Of a stretch of 64,000 nucleotides of DNA, positions 47,821 through 57,431 are shown piece after piece (the stretch's first letter is position 1; every line of letters starts with the position of its first letter). A program made the translations under genes and the position numbers. The notes below the pieces were generated by a model. That model did not search any database. It saw only the letters and a program-made list of their open reading frames with translations, and had not been told where the DNA came from. The DNA is taken from IMG/VR virus record IMGVR_UViG_3300037963_003542; one strand, 5' to 3'. Source of the stretch: a virus.

Positions 47821-48768
47821 ATGTACAACTTTTCAGAATACTCAAAGGTTTACATCCGTGAACAGTATTACAATGATGAGATCTTCCCAGAAGGGATGAA
47901 AGTAAAGAATGGAAATGATCAGGTCGGCACTATTATTAGACGTGGACCAAACTATGTTATCTGCTTAGATGAAAATCATAAGACATTCAGAAGTTGGATC
48001 TCTGACATCAGCGAGGTTCATGAACTTGGCACTGATGAGACCAGAGAGTATCTTCAGGATCTTACTCCTGGTCAAAAGAAAGAACAATATGGTAAGACTA
48101 AGACTCCAGAGTGGTCTACATCTATAAATAAAAGAAAAAGTACCCAAAAGGAAATGTATAACGATAGCTATTCAGAGAATTTGGTTAAACGCACTGCTCA
48201 AGGCATTGCTGGTGAGCAAAGCTACGGTGAAGTTGAGAATAAGCAGGAAGTGTCTGATGAGTATTCAGCATCTTTGATGGATGCTGCTGTTGCTAAACTC
48301 TCTTCAGGTAAACTATTTGAAGGTAGCATGAAGCAAGCACGCAAGAATGTTGGTGCTGATTCATGTTGGGATGGTTATAAAGCAAAGGGAACTAAAAAGA
48401 AAGGTGGTAAGGTTGTTCCTAACTGTGTCAAAGAAGAGGATCTTGACGAGAAGAAACTTGATCCCGTTGGCAAGGAAGATGGTGATGTAGATAACGATGG
48501 TGATAAGGATTCATCAGACAAGTATCTGATGAAGCGTCGTAAGGCAATCGGCAAGGCAATCGGAATGAAGAAGGAAGAGCGTTCCGACTGGAGATCCGAA
48601 CTTGAGGAGAAGTACGGAAAGAAAATGAAGGAAGCTGCTCAATGCAATAATTCAAAGGCAGGAACTGAGTGTCCTGTACATGGCACGAAGGAATGTAAGT
48701 GTGAAGACACAGTAGATGAAGGTTGCGGTTGCGACGGTCCTGCTCCTAAAAAAATGAAGAAGTCTTGA
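47821..48768 (+). CDS. Modular late protein (possible two-gene fusion, putative head protein)
   Basis: N-terminal KOW/SH3-like part; C-terminal CWDGYK...VPNCVKEE and DVDNDGDKD modules. Internal TATAAATA. Confidence 0.7.
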   Translation: MYNFSEYSKVYIREQYYNDEIFPEGMKVKNGNDQVGTIIRRGPNYVICLDENHKTFRSWISDISEVHELGTDETREYLQDLTPGQKKEQYGKTKTPEWSTSINKRKSTQKEMYNDSYSENLVKRTAQGIAGEQSYGEVENKQEVSDEYSASLMDAAVAKLSSGKLFEGSMKQARKNVGADSCWDGYKAKGTKKKGGKVVPNCVKEEDLDEKKLDPVGKEDGDVDNDGDKDSSDKYLMKRRKAIGKAIGMKKEERSDWRSELEEKYGKKMKEAAQCNNSKAGTECPVHGTKECKCEDTVDEGCGCDGPAPKKMKKS

Positions 48769-48799
48769 TAAATAGCTGAGACCTGTATTATATAAGATC

Positions 48800-49003
48800 A
48801 TGCTTGCATTTTTACTCCCCCTCGCGTCTAAGGTAATTAGAGATGCCGTCGCCAACATTCCAGAGAATGAAGAACTCGGTGAGAAGTTGGTTGAGATCTG
48901 TCTTGTTATCCTTGCTAAAGCGGTTAAGTTGACTAAGACTGATATGGATGATAAACTTCTTGAGGTTGTTGCAGAAGCAATTAAAGCAAGAGAAGAAGGT
49001 TGA
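48800..49003 (+). CDS. Small hypothetical protein
   Basis: 67-aa amphipathic ORF after ATAAATA. Confidence 0.7.
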   Translation: MLAFLLPLASKVIRDAVANIPENEELGEKLVEICLVILAKAVKLTKTDMDDKLLEVVAEAIKAREEG

Positions 49004-49027
49004 TATCAATTCACAACTAGATTTTTT

Positions 49028-49058
49028 GGGGAGCATGACTCCCCTTTTTTTATAAATA
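49028..49058 (+). terminator. Terminator followed directly by late promoter TATAAATA
   Basis: GGGGAG-CATGA-CTCCCC-T-tract, TATAAATA at 49051-49058. Confidence 0.8.
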
Positions 49059-49094
49059 AAAAAAGATTACGAAAACTTTTCATAGGTAAATCAC

Positions 49095-49694
49095 ATGGCG
49101 TTATACGGAAATACTGATTCCAACGCAAACAAAACTAAAGTTGAGAACACTCGCGGTAATGGTCCTGCCAGCGCCAGCAGTGATATGACTGTGGTTTTTG
49201 TTGATGCTACGGAAGCAGATCTTGCTGAAAACAAGGCACGCGGTGTCACTGGTCCTGGTTGGTGGAACTTCCATACATATGATCAGAGTGGTGTTACCAG
49301 AACTAAGGCAGAATGCCTCGCTGTAATTTCTAATCCTGAAGCGAACTCCGCTGAGTCTCAGTCTGACGATACAATCGCAGCAGATAGAGGTATCACCATT
49401 GGCACTCAACCTGCTAATGCTTCTGTCACCGCACCTGCTGCTGCTACCTTCGCTGTCGTTGCGACCCTTCGTGGTGCTGCTGGTGGAACTGCTACCTTCC
49501 AATGGCAACTCTCCACTGACTCTGGTGCTAACTTCGCTAACGTCAGTAATGGTGGTGTTTACTCAGATGCAACTACTGCAACTCTGGCGATTTCTAACTC
49601 CACTGGACTGGATGGAAACCAGTATCGCTGCGTAGTCTCCGCGACTGGCGCTGCTGATGTAACTTCCTCTGCTGCTACCCTTACTGTTGCCTGA
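49095..49694 (+). CDS. Virion structural protein with C-terminal Ig-like domain
   Basis: ITIGTQP...FAVVA...FQWQ...TATLAI...DGNQYRCVV...SSAATLTV. Late promoter. Confidence 0.75.
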   Translation: MALYGNTDSNANKTKVENTRGNGPASASSDMTVVFVDATEADLAENKARGVTGPGWWNFHTYDQSGVTRTKAECLAVISNPEANSAESQSDDTIAADRGITIGTQPANASVTAPAAATFAVVATLRGAAGGTATFQWQLSTDSGANFANVSNGGVYSDATTATLAISNSTGLDGNQYRCVVSATGAADVTSSAATLTVA

Positions 49695-49701
49695 TGAGTA
49701 G

Positions 49702-50064
49702 ATGAGATTTGATGAACTGAATGAAGATAACTATATCTTCTTTGCGATTAAATATTACAACAATCCGCATTGCACGACAAAAGAAGAATTTGATGAGGAT
49801 CTGAAAAGGTTTAAGTATGTCAAAAAACTGATACGAAAGTATCTAAACTCTGGCATACTTAAACATCATCTGATTCTTAATCATCTTATTCTTCTTTTTA
49901 ATGTATTCAATGATGCAACAGTTCCGCTGTTGTTTTATAAAATTGATAATAATTGTTGGCCAGTTCTCAAATCATTTCTGCTATACTTAAACAGGATGCC
50001 AGAAGAGTATCTGGATGGTCTTAAACCAGATGAACAATGTTTAGAAGAACTAAATAAGATATGA
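49702..50064 (+). CDS. Conserved T4-like hypothetical protein
   Basis: FAIKYYNNPHC...EFDEDLKRFKYVKKL...LILNHLILLFNVF motif. Confidence 0.8.
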   Translation: MRFDELNEDNYIFFAIKYYNNPHCTTKEEFDEDLKRFKYVKKLIRKYLNSGILKHHLILNHLILLFNVFNDATVPLLFYKIDNNCWPVLKSFLLYLNRMPEEYLDGLKPDEQCLEELNKI

Positions 50065-50822
50065 AAAACATTAGAAAACTTCTACAACAAGCGAGATATA
50101 AAATGTGGGAGGAACCAACTAACTCAGTTGGTACTGGTGCCAATGTTGCACTACCTCCAGCACATGAACCTCCTGGTATCCCTGCCAGCAAGAAGAAAAA
50201 AAAGTATGATGGTAGAACTAAAGCAGGTCGTAAACTTGTAAACCGTATTTTAACCAACCGAGAGAAGCGAGCAAAGAAAAAAATGGCACAAGAACAACAC
50301 ATCATTGAGGCAGACGATAAGAAGGAAGGACCTTCAGAGACTGAGCGTGCTCAGAAACAGATTGCCCAACAAAAGAAACTGAACAAGCAGAAGGAAGTTC
50401 AGAAGAAAGCGCAGGATGCCAAAGGCAAAATGCAGAACAAGACTAAGGAGATGGACACTCTGATGAAGGCACGTCTGTCTGACTTTAGAAAGAAGGCTGC
50501 TAAGAAGCAATCTTCACTCCAGAGACAGACTCAGGAGAGCGTTGAGATTGAAGAGGCAGCAGGCACACAGGCACCTGGCGTAGAAGTTCTTGGCACCCTG
50601 ATGAAACTTGCTCAGGAAGATACCTATGGAAATCAGGAAGTAGAAGGACATATCCAGTTTAAGGATGGTCGCTCACTGAGAGTCAACAGCGATGTTGCTA
50701 AGAGAATGGTTTCCACTTTTGAAGCACTTGACACTGCTCGTCAGGACCAGTATCGTTTCCTGATGAACAAGAGTGTTGAATCTTTCCTCCAGATTATGAG
50801 ATTCGATCCATCGCAGATGTGA
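50061..50822 (+). CDS. Basic/coiled-coil late protein, possible prohead-core-related
   Basis: EEPTNSVG, KYDGRTK and C-terminal IQFKDG...MNKS..SF domain. CTAAATA at 50050. Confidence 0.6.
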   Translation: MKNIRKLLQQARYKMWEEPTNSVGTGANVALPPAHEPPGIPASKKKKKYDGRTKAGRKLVNRILTNREKRAKKKMAQEQHIIEADDKKEGPSETERAQKQIAQQKKLNKQKEVQKKAQDAKGKMQNKTKEMDTLMKARLSDFRKKAAKKQSSLQRQTQESVEIEEAAGTQAPGVEVLGTLMKLAQEDTYGNQEVEGHIQFKDGRSLRVNSDVAKRMVSTFEALDTARQDQYRFLMNKSVESFLQIMRFDPSQM

Positions 50823-50823
50823 G

Positions 50824-51261
50824 ATGGCATTCGGACTCGGTAAGTTAGCAGTCCTAGAGTCAAAACTTGGCATCTACGAAGATCTCTCTAAAGAGATGCT
50901 GGACAAACTGGAACGTGCCGTTGGCACTATCTCTGATAACAGTAACAAGATTGCTGTTATCTTGGAGCGTCATGAAAATCGGTTGGACGAAAGCGAAAGG
51001 ACTGACACGCTCATCATCAAAATGATTGATGAGTTAAAGGAACAAGAAGAAAAGAATCATAAGATCCTACATGAAAGGATTGATAGAATACAAAAGAAGG
51101 TAGACTCAAATCAGAAGTTTGTAATAGGTGCAGGTGCTGTGCTCGCGACACTTGGACTTATTGCACAGATTGCATTCCCTGTGTATAAGACCTTGACACC
51201 TGCTGTTGGGTCTGTTAGTATTGATGCAATTGACGCAACTCTACCTTATGATGTTTCTTGA
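50824..51261 (+). CDS. Coiled-coil protein with C-terminal transmembrane helix
   Basis: Heptad-rich body, then FVIGAGAVLATLGLIAQIAF. Confidence 0.7.
   Translation: MAFGLGKLAVLESKLGIYEDLSKEMLDKLERAVGTISDNSNKIAVILERHENRLDESERTDTLIIKMIDELKEQEEKNHKILHERIDRIQKKVDSNQKFVIGAGAVLATLGLIAQIAFPVYKTLTPAVGSVSIDAIDATLPYDVS
51193..51221 (+). promoter_or_regulatory. sigma70-type promoter for primase-nrd operon
   Basis: TTGACA-17 bp-TAGTAT with TG extension. Confidence 0.75.
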
Positions 51262-52228
51262 TGCGAAGTACATTAACCTTGTCTCGCCTCAGTTAACTAA
51301 GTTTGCAAAAAAGAAATCAGACCTGTATACATTCAGGTGCCCCTACTGTGGTGACTCTCAAAAGCACCGCAATAAAACTAGGGGTTATTTTTATCGCAAG
51401 CGTAATGACTTCTTCTACAAATGTCACAACTGTGGCATCGGTAGAACCTTCACAAACTTCCTGAAGGATCAGGCACCCCTGCTCCATGACGAATACATCA
51501 TGGAGCGTTATAAGGAGGGTCTGACGGGCAAATCTAGCAACACTCCTGCCCCTACATTTGACATTCCTAAACCAAAATTTGATAAAAATATATTTTCAAA
51601 TCTTAAAAAAATAAATTTTCTAAATAAAGAACACCCCGCCAGAGCATACTTAAGTCAACGTCAAATTCCAGAGAGTTTACTCTCAATCTTTTACTACGCA
51701 GAGGACTTTAATGCTTGGGCAAAACTTAACAATAATCAAAAAGAATCCAGAATTATCATCCCCTTAATTTCGCAAGATGGGAAGGTGTTTGGTTATCAGG
51801 GAAGATCTCTGGATAAGAATACTAAACTGAGGTATATCACTACAATCTTGGATAAAGATTATCCGAAGTTGTTTGGACTTGATCGTATAAACAATACAAA
51901 AAGAACATATGTCACAGAAGGACCATTTGATTCCTTATTCTTATCAAACGCCATTGCCATGTGTGGATCTGACGTTACACTTGATGACGCTCAGTTTACT
52001 AACCTCGTTTATGTACTTGACAATGAGCCAAGAAACTATGAGATTGTAAAGAAGTACGAGAAACTGATTCAGTCTGGAAAGCAGATTGTTATCTGGCCAA
52101 ACACTATCAAGGAGAAAGATCTGAATGACATGATAATGTCTGGACATAACGTGCAAAGAGTGGTAGACTCTAATATCTACTCTGGTTTAGAAGCAACAAT
52201 CAAATTAAACGCCTGGAAGAAAGTATGA
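51248..52228 (+). CDS. gp61: DNA primase gp61
   Basis: RCPYCGDS...CHNC zinc finger, YQGRSL, VTEGPFDSLF, LDNEPRN Toprim. Confidence 0.95.
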   Translation: MMFLDAKYINLVSPQLTKFAKKKSDLYTFRCPYCGDSQKHRNKTRGYFYRKRNDFFYKCHNCGIGRTFTNFLKDQAPLLHDEYIMERYKEGLTGKSSNTPAPTFDIPKPKFDKNIFSNLKKINFLNKEHPARAYLSQRQIPESLLSIFYYAEDFNAWAKLNNNQKESRIIIPLISQDGKVFGYQGRSLDKNTKLRYITTILDKDYPKLFGLDRINNTKRTYVTEGPFDSLFLSNAIAMCGSDVTLDDAQFTNLVYVLDNEPRNYEIVKKYEKLIQSGKQIVIWPNTIKEKDLNDMIMSGHNVQRVVDSNIYSGLEATIKLNAWKKV

Positions 52229-54531
52229 GTAACGGAATCAAAGTTGTAAAGCGCAGTGGTGATATTGAACCACTGAACCTGGATAAGATTCATTTAATGG
52301 TTGAGTGTGCATGTAAGGATCTTGCAGGAGTATCTGCAAGTCAAGTAGAGATGAATTCTGGAATTCAGTTTTACGATGGCATTAGCACTGATAAGATCCA
52401 AGAGATTCTTGTTCGTTCTGCTAGTGATCTAGTATCATTGGATCATCCTAATTATCAGTTTGTGGCAGCACGTCTGTTGCTGTTTGGATTGTATAAGCAG
52501 GTCTTTGGTGATGACTGGAAGAGTGGATTTCCTGATGTCAGAATGCATCTGATTGAAGGTATTTCAAAGTGTATCTACGATCAAGATCTTATCAATAAAT
52601 ATTCCAATGAAGAATGGGACAAGATTGATACCTTTATTGATCATGGTCGTGACTATCTTTTCACCTATGCTGGTCTGCGTCAGGTAGCAGATAAGTATCT
52701 GGTGCAAGATAGAAGTTCTGGTGAAGTCTATGAGACTCCACAGTATGCATACATTCTTGTCGCTGCTACAATTTTTGCAGACTATCCTAAGGAGACCAGA
52801 CTGGAGTATGTCAGAAAATACTACAACGCAATCAGCAAGCACAGAATCAACGTTCCCACACCTATCCTGGCAGGAGTGCGAACTCCACTTCGACAATTTG
52901 CGAGCTGTGTTCTTATTGATAGCGATGACTCCCTCAATAGCATCTTTAGCAGCGACATGGCTATTGGTAAGTATGTTGCTCAACGCGCAGGAATCGGTAT
53001 CAACGCAGGCAGAATCCGTGGTATCAACAGCAAAATTAGAGGGGGAGAAGTTGCTCATACAGGCGTTGTACCGTTCCTCAAAAAGTTTGAGTCAACTGTC
53101 AGATGCTGTACACAGAATGGCATCAGAGGTGGATCAGCGACAGTACACTTCCCCATCTGGCACCAAGAAATAGAAGATATTATTGTTCTCAAGAACAATA
53201 AAGGGACCGAAGATAACCGTGTAAGGAAACTTGACTACTCCATCCAAATCTCCAAACTCTTCTACGAAAGATTCATCAGAGACGAAGAGATCTCACTCTT
53301 CTCGCCTCACGATGTTCCAGGTCTTTCTGATGCTTTTGGTACTGACGGATTTGATGATCTCTATCAACGTTATGAATCTAATGGAAACATTCCGAGGAAG
53401 ACTGTCAAGGCTCAGGAACTTATTCTAGATCTCCTGAAGGAACGTGCAGAGACTGGTCGTCTCTACATCATGAACATTGACCACTGCAATGAGCATTCTT
53501 CTTTCAAAGATAAAGTCTGGATGAGTAACCTCTGTCAGGAGATTACACTTCCCACTAAACCTCTGAATCATATTGACGATCCTGAGGGTGAGATTGCCTT
53601 GTGCATTCTGTCTGCTATCAATGTAGGCAAGATCCACAAACTTTCTGAGATGGAAGAACTTTGTGATCTTTCTGTTCGTGCTCTGGAGGAACTGATTGAC
53701 TATCAGGAATACCCTGTAGTCGCTGCAGAACGCTCTACAAAGGCACGAAGATCACTTGGCATTGGATTTATTGGTCTGGCACATTACCTTGCTCGTAAGG
53801 GCGAGCACTACGATGATCCAGGTGCTTGGACAGCAGTACATGAACTGACTGAAGCATTCCAATACTATCTCCTGAAGTCTTCTAATGAAGTTGCTAAGGA
53901 GAAAGGAGCATGTGAATACTTCGATCGTACCAAGTACAGTGATGGTATCCTTCCCATTGACACATATAAGAAGGACGTTGATGATATTGTACCTAACGAG
54001 TTAGCATATGACTGGGAATCTCTTAGAACATCTATCACCACCCACGGTCTCAGACACAGCACACTGTCCGCACAAATGCCTTCAGAGAGCAGTTCCGTTG
54101 TGTCAAACGCAACAAATGGAATTGAGCCACCTAGAGCCTTTCTGTCCATTAAGAAAAGCAAAAAGGGGGTTCTTAAGCAGATTGTTCCACAGTACACTAC
54201 GCTGAAGAACAACTATACCCTGCTCTGGGAAATGCCTGACAACAGTGGATACATTAAAATTGTTTCTGTCATGCAGAAGTTTTTTGACCAGGCGATCAGT
54301 GGTAACTGGTCATACAATCCAGAGAACTATCCCGACAATGAAGTGCCTGTTTCAGTGATGGCACAAGACTTCCTCACTACCTACAAGTACGGTTGGAAGA
54401 CTTCTTATTATCAAAACACATATGATATTAAGACCGACGAGTACAAGGAGGATGTAAAAGAAAGTTTAGAAAGTCTAATTAATCAACTAGAGAATGCCCA
54501 GGAGGAAGATTGTGAATCGTGTAAACTTTAA
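52225..54531 (+). CDS. nrdA: Ribonucleotide reductase class Ia alpha subunit
   Basis: ATP cone, PTPILAG, ASCVL, SNLCQEI, LCILSA, MPSESSS, ATNGIEPP, C-terminal CESC. Confidence 0.98.
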   Translation: MSNGIKVVKRSGDIEPLNLDKIHLMVECACKDLAGVSASQVEMNSGIQFYDGISTDKIQEILVRSASDLVSLDHPNYQFVAARLLLFGLYKQVFGDDWKSGFPDVRMHLIEGISKCIYDQDLINKYSNEEWDKIDTFIDHGRDYLFTYAGLRQVADKYLVQDRSSGEVYETPQYAYILVAATIFADYPKETRLEYVRKYYNAISKHRINVPTPILAGVRTPLRQFASCVLIDSDDSLNSIFSSDMAIGKYVAQRAGIGINAGRIRGINSKIRGGEVAHTGVVPFLKKFESTVRCCTQNGIRGGSATVHFPIWHQEIEDIIVLKNNKGTEDNRVRKLDYSIQISKLFYERFIRDEEISLFSPHDVPGLSDAFGTDGFDDLYQRYESNGNIPRKTVKAQELILDLLKERAETGRLYIMNIDHCNEHSSFKDKVWMSNLCQEITLPTKPLNHIDDPEGEIALCILSAINVGKIHKLSEMEELCDLSVRALEELIDYQEYPVVAAERSTKARRSLGIGFIGLAHYLARKGEHYDDPGAWTAVHELTEAFQYYLLKSSNEVAKEKGACEYFDRTKYSDGILPIDTYKKDVDDIVPNELAYDWESLRTSITTHGLRHSTLSAQMPSESSSVVSNATNGIEPPRAFLSIKKSKKGVLKQIVPQYTTLKNNYTLLWEMPDNSGYIKIVSVMQKFFDQAISGNWSYNPENYPDNEVPVSVMAQDFLTTYKYGWKTSYYQNTYDIKTDEYKEDVKESLESLINQLENAQEEDCESCKL

Positions 54532-55693
54532 GGTAGGGAACGACATGTCAACAGTTAAAGGAATGACGGTATTTAATAAAGATAAAGTAAATACCCTTAA
54601 GCAACCAATGTTCTTCGGTGCCCCTCTGGGTATTCAACGTTACGATGCCTATAAGTATCCTGTGTTTGATAAACTTACGCAGACACAACTAGGATACTTT
54701 TGGCGTCCTGAAGAAGTATCATTACAAAAAGACCGTGCAGATTATCACACACTTCGCCCAGAACAAAAGCATATCTTTACCTCTAACCTCAAGTACCAGA
54801 TTATGCTTGACTCCGTTCAAGGGCGTGCTCCTGGGATGGCTTTTATTCCTTACTGTAGCCTACCTGAACTAGAAGCATGTATGGAAGTGTGGGGTTTCAT
54901 GGAGATGATTCACAGTCGCTCCTATACTCACATCATTAAGAATGTCTACAGCGATCCAGCAGAAGTGCTTGACACTATCTTGGAAGATGATATGATTTTA
55001 TCACGCGCTGAGACAGTTACCAAAGCGTATGATGACTTTATTAATCATGCACAAAACTTTGGTAGCAGTAACATGTGGGAACACAATCTTGATGGTGTTC
55101 CTCTCGCAGAGGATGACCTCTACGAACTCAAGCGTAAGTTGTATCGCGCTGTCATGAATGTCAACATCCTGGAAGGAATCCGATTCTATGTCTCGTTCGC
55201 ATGTTCATTTGCTTTTGGAGAGCTTAAGCTTATGGAAGGATCCGCTAAAATCATCTCTCTCATCGCCAGAGATGAAAACCAACATCTTGTTCTTACACAA
55301 AACATTATCAACAAATGGAAGCAGGGAGATGATCCAGACATGGCTCGGATCGCTGAAGAAGAACAAGAATGGTGTTATCAAGCATTTGAAACAGCGGTAA
55401 ATGAAGAACGTGTTTGGGCAGACTATCTGTTCAAAGAAGGTTCTATGATCGGACTGAATGCTAAACTTCTGACTCAGTATGTTGAGTGGGTTGCCAACCG
55501 TCGCATGAAAGCGATTGGTCTTAAACCCATCTATGATGTACCAGCACGAAACAATCCTCTGCCTTGGACTGAGCATTGGATCTCATCTAAAGGTCTACAA
55601 GTAGCACCACAAGAAACTGAGGTTGAATCTTATGTCGTTGGCGGAATTAAACAGGATGTTAAAAAGGATACTTTCGCTGGTTTTAAACTATGA
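54494..55693 (+). CDS. nrdB: Ribonucleotide reductase class Ia beta subunit
   Basis: FWRPEEVSL, QIMLDSVQ, EMIHSRSY, LEGIRFYVSF, DENQH. True start may be slightly downstream. Confidence 0.97.
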   Translation: MPRRKIVNRVNFKVGNDMSTVKGMTVFNKDKVNTLKQPMFFGAPLGIQRYDAYKYPVFDKLTQTQLGYFWRPEEVSLQKDRADYHTLRPEQKHIFTSNLKYQIMLDSVQGRAPGMAFIPYCSLPELEACMEVWGFMEMIHSRSYTHIIKNVYSDPAEVLDTILEDDMILSRAETVTKAYDDFINHAQNFGSSNMWEHNLDGVPLAEDDLYELKRKLYRAVMNVNILEGIRFYVSFACSFAFGELKLMEGSAKIISLIARDENQHLVLTQNIINKWKQGDDPDMARIAEEEQEWCYQAFETAVNEERVWADYLFKEGSMIGLNAKLLTQYVEWVANRRMKAIGLKPIYDVPARNNPLPWTEHWISSKGLQVAPQETEVESYVVGGIKQDVKKDTFAGFKL

Positions 55694-55848
55694 CAGAATT
55701 GCCCGAGTGGAAAAGGAAGGCACTCGCGGATCCGAGTGTGAACGCCAAGCAAGCAAAGATTATCATGGAGGGTCCGAAGTGTCTGACGGACGCATGGTTC
55801 CTCCAAGCAATGAGGTACAAATACCAGATCCGTGGGACGACATCTTAA
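55690..55848 (+). CDS. Small hypothetical protein (not in ORF track)
   Basis: 52-aa ORF MTELPEWKRKALADP...TDAWFLQAMRYKY, ATGA overlap with the nrdB stop. Confidence 0.65.
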   Translation: MTELPEWKRKALADPSVNAKQAKIIMEGPKCLTDAWFLQAMRYKYQIRGTTS

Positions 55849-55890
55849 TGTAGTCTAAATACCTCCATCTTATGATGGGGGTAATTTTGT

Positions 55891-56235
55891 ATGAAAGCAC
55901 AGTCTGCGAAAGCAAAAGGCAGACGGTTGCAACAGTGGGTGAGAGATAAACTTATTGAAGCACTGGACATTCATCCTGAAGACATTGAGTCTCGTAGTAT
56001 GGGTGCTGGTGGAGAAGATTTAATTATGGCGCGAGCAGCACGTCAAAAGTTTCCACATAGTATAGAATGCAAGAATGTAGAGAAACTAAATATTTGGGAA
56101 GCATACGAACAGTCTGCGGCTAATTGCGGCAATTATGAACCTATAGTTGTTATCAAAAAGAATGGTAAGAAACCTCTGGTGGTAGTTGACGCTGAATATT
56201 TTATACAATTATTTGAAGGTAAACATGAAGAATGA
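55891..56235 (+). CDS. Holliday-junction-resolvase-like PD-(D/E)xK endonuclease
   Basis: KAKGRRLQQWV...GEDL...SIECKN...PIVVIKKN. Confidence 0.75.
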   Translation: MKAQSAKAKGRRLQQWVRDKLIEALDIHPEDIESRSMGAGGEDLIMARAARQKFPHSIECKNVEKLNIWEAYEQSAANCGNYEPIVVIKKNGKKPLVVVDAEYFIQLFEGKHEE

Positions 56236-56902
56236 TTTTTTGGCAGCAATTATTTCAGGTGCTCTGTTAAGTATGGCACATGGTACTGTAGTTCAGGCGG
56301 AACCCACGAAGGGTTACCACACTATGGATGCTATGGGATGTATGTTACTAAGGGAGTGTACGGACGATGTTAAACGAGTCACAAGTATTCAAGATATTAT
56401 CAATCGTTATCCCGATAGTGATTTTAGTGCTGTTGCTCACGAGTTTAATGACATCATCCGTGCCTTTAATAAGATCGGAGTTGGGGTATTTCTAGCAAAT
56501 TCAAAATACTTTCCACCAGGACATCGTGGTGTGTATCATACTGTAGGTAATAACTTCTTCTTGAATGATGCTTTCATGCATCGTCAAAGTACTCTTATGT
56601 CTGTCACACGTCACGAAGGATGGCACGCTGCACAGGATTGTATGGCAGGAACTATTGATAATAGTTTGATTGCTATCATCAAACCTGAAGAGTCTGTTCC
56701 TAAGATCTGGCGCACTATGGCGGAACGTACATATCCTAAGAATGCTGTGCCTTGGGAAGCAGAAGCAGGATGGGCAGGACGCACCGAAAACATGACTGCT
56801 CAAGCATTGGAAGCATGTGCTACTGGTAAAATGTGGGAGATCTATGAACCAACACCACTGACACGCGAGTGGTTGGAGGAGAATAACTATATCGCTAAAT
56901 AG
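56225..56902 (+). CDS. Signal-peptide protein with HExxH motif
   Basis: Hydrophobic N-terminus, RHEGWHAAQDC, downstream WEAEA. Confidence 0.7.
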   Translation: MKNDFLAAIISGALLSMAHGTVVQAEPTKGYHTMDAMGCMLLRECTDDVKRVTSIQDIINRYPDSDFSAVAHEFNDIIRAFNKIGVGVFLANSKYFPPGHRGVYHTVGNNFFLNDAFMHRQSTLMSVTRHEGWHAAQDCMAGTIDNSLIAIIKPEESVPKIWRTMAERTYPKNAVPWEAEAGWAGRTENMTAQALEACATGKMWEIYEPTPLTREWLEENNYIAK

Positions 56903-56922
56903 AAGAGCCTTGCATTCTACAT

Positions 56923-57222
56923 ATGGCTGATACTAAGCCTAAGGTAGAGAAGGAAGACGATGATGATAAGAGTGAAGTTCTTGGTAATTTAGTGAAAGTT
57001 GTTGTACTTATTTGGTCTGCCTCTCTCCTGACATTTTCCTACGTTAGACTTCCAAACGGTCAAAAGATTTTAGATTTTGATCCTACCTTCATCGCCTCGG
57101 TCTTTTCTGGATCGTTAGCTGCGTTCGGACTGTCTCCTGCTAAAGCAGGTGGTGGCAATGGTACTAAGAAGAAGAACGAGGAACCCCCTGTTGTTTCTGC
57201 TGTGGAGCCGAAAAGAAAATGA
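56923..57222 (+). CDS. Two-TM membrane protein
   Basis: LVKVVVLIWSASLLTF and FIASVFSGSLAAFGL segments. CTAAATA late-type site upstream. Confidence 0.7.
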   Translation: MADTKPKVEKEDDDDKSEVLGNLVKVVVLIWSASLLTFSYVRLPNGQKILDFDPTFIASVFSGSLAAFGLSPAKAGGGNGTKKKNEEPPVVSAVEPKRK

Positions 57223-57431
57223 TTCAAAAACTAATTAATGTTGTTGCACTATTATCTGGACTGACCTCTCTGGGTCTGATCGGTACAGGTGTTTATGGTT
57301 ATTTAAACCAGGAAGCATATCAGGAAGCAGCACGCGAAAGGTTAGCAGAACTTATTTCAGATGCTATTTCTGATGTTGTTCTTCCCGATGTAACAACTGG
57401 ACCAATGGGACCTGGCATGAGGTTACCATGA
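57219..57431 (+). CDS. Small single-TM protein
   Basis: N-terminal hydrophobic helix, coupled to neighbours. Confidence 0.7.
   Translation: MIQKLINVVALLSGLTSLGLIGTGVYGYLNQEAYQEAARERLAELISDAISDVVLPDVTTGPMGPGMRLP

Noticed and set aside
48541-48563. Short tandem repeat AAGGCAATCGG(C) x2
   Set aside because: It simply encodes KAIGKAIG within a protein, with only two copies.
39312-55693. Introns or inteins in gp43, gp41, nrdA, nrdB (and gp17)
   Set aside because: All are continuous ORFs of normal length with motifs in the expected spacing.
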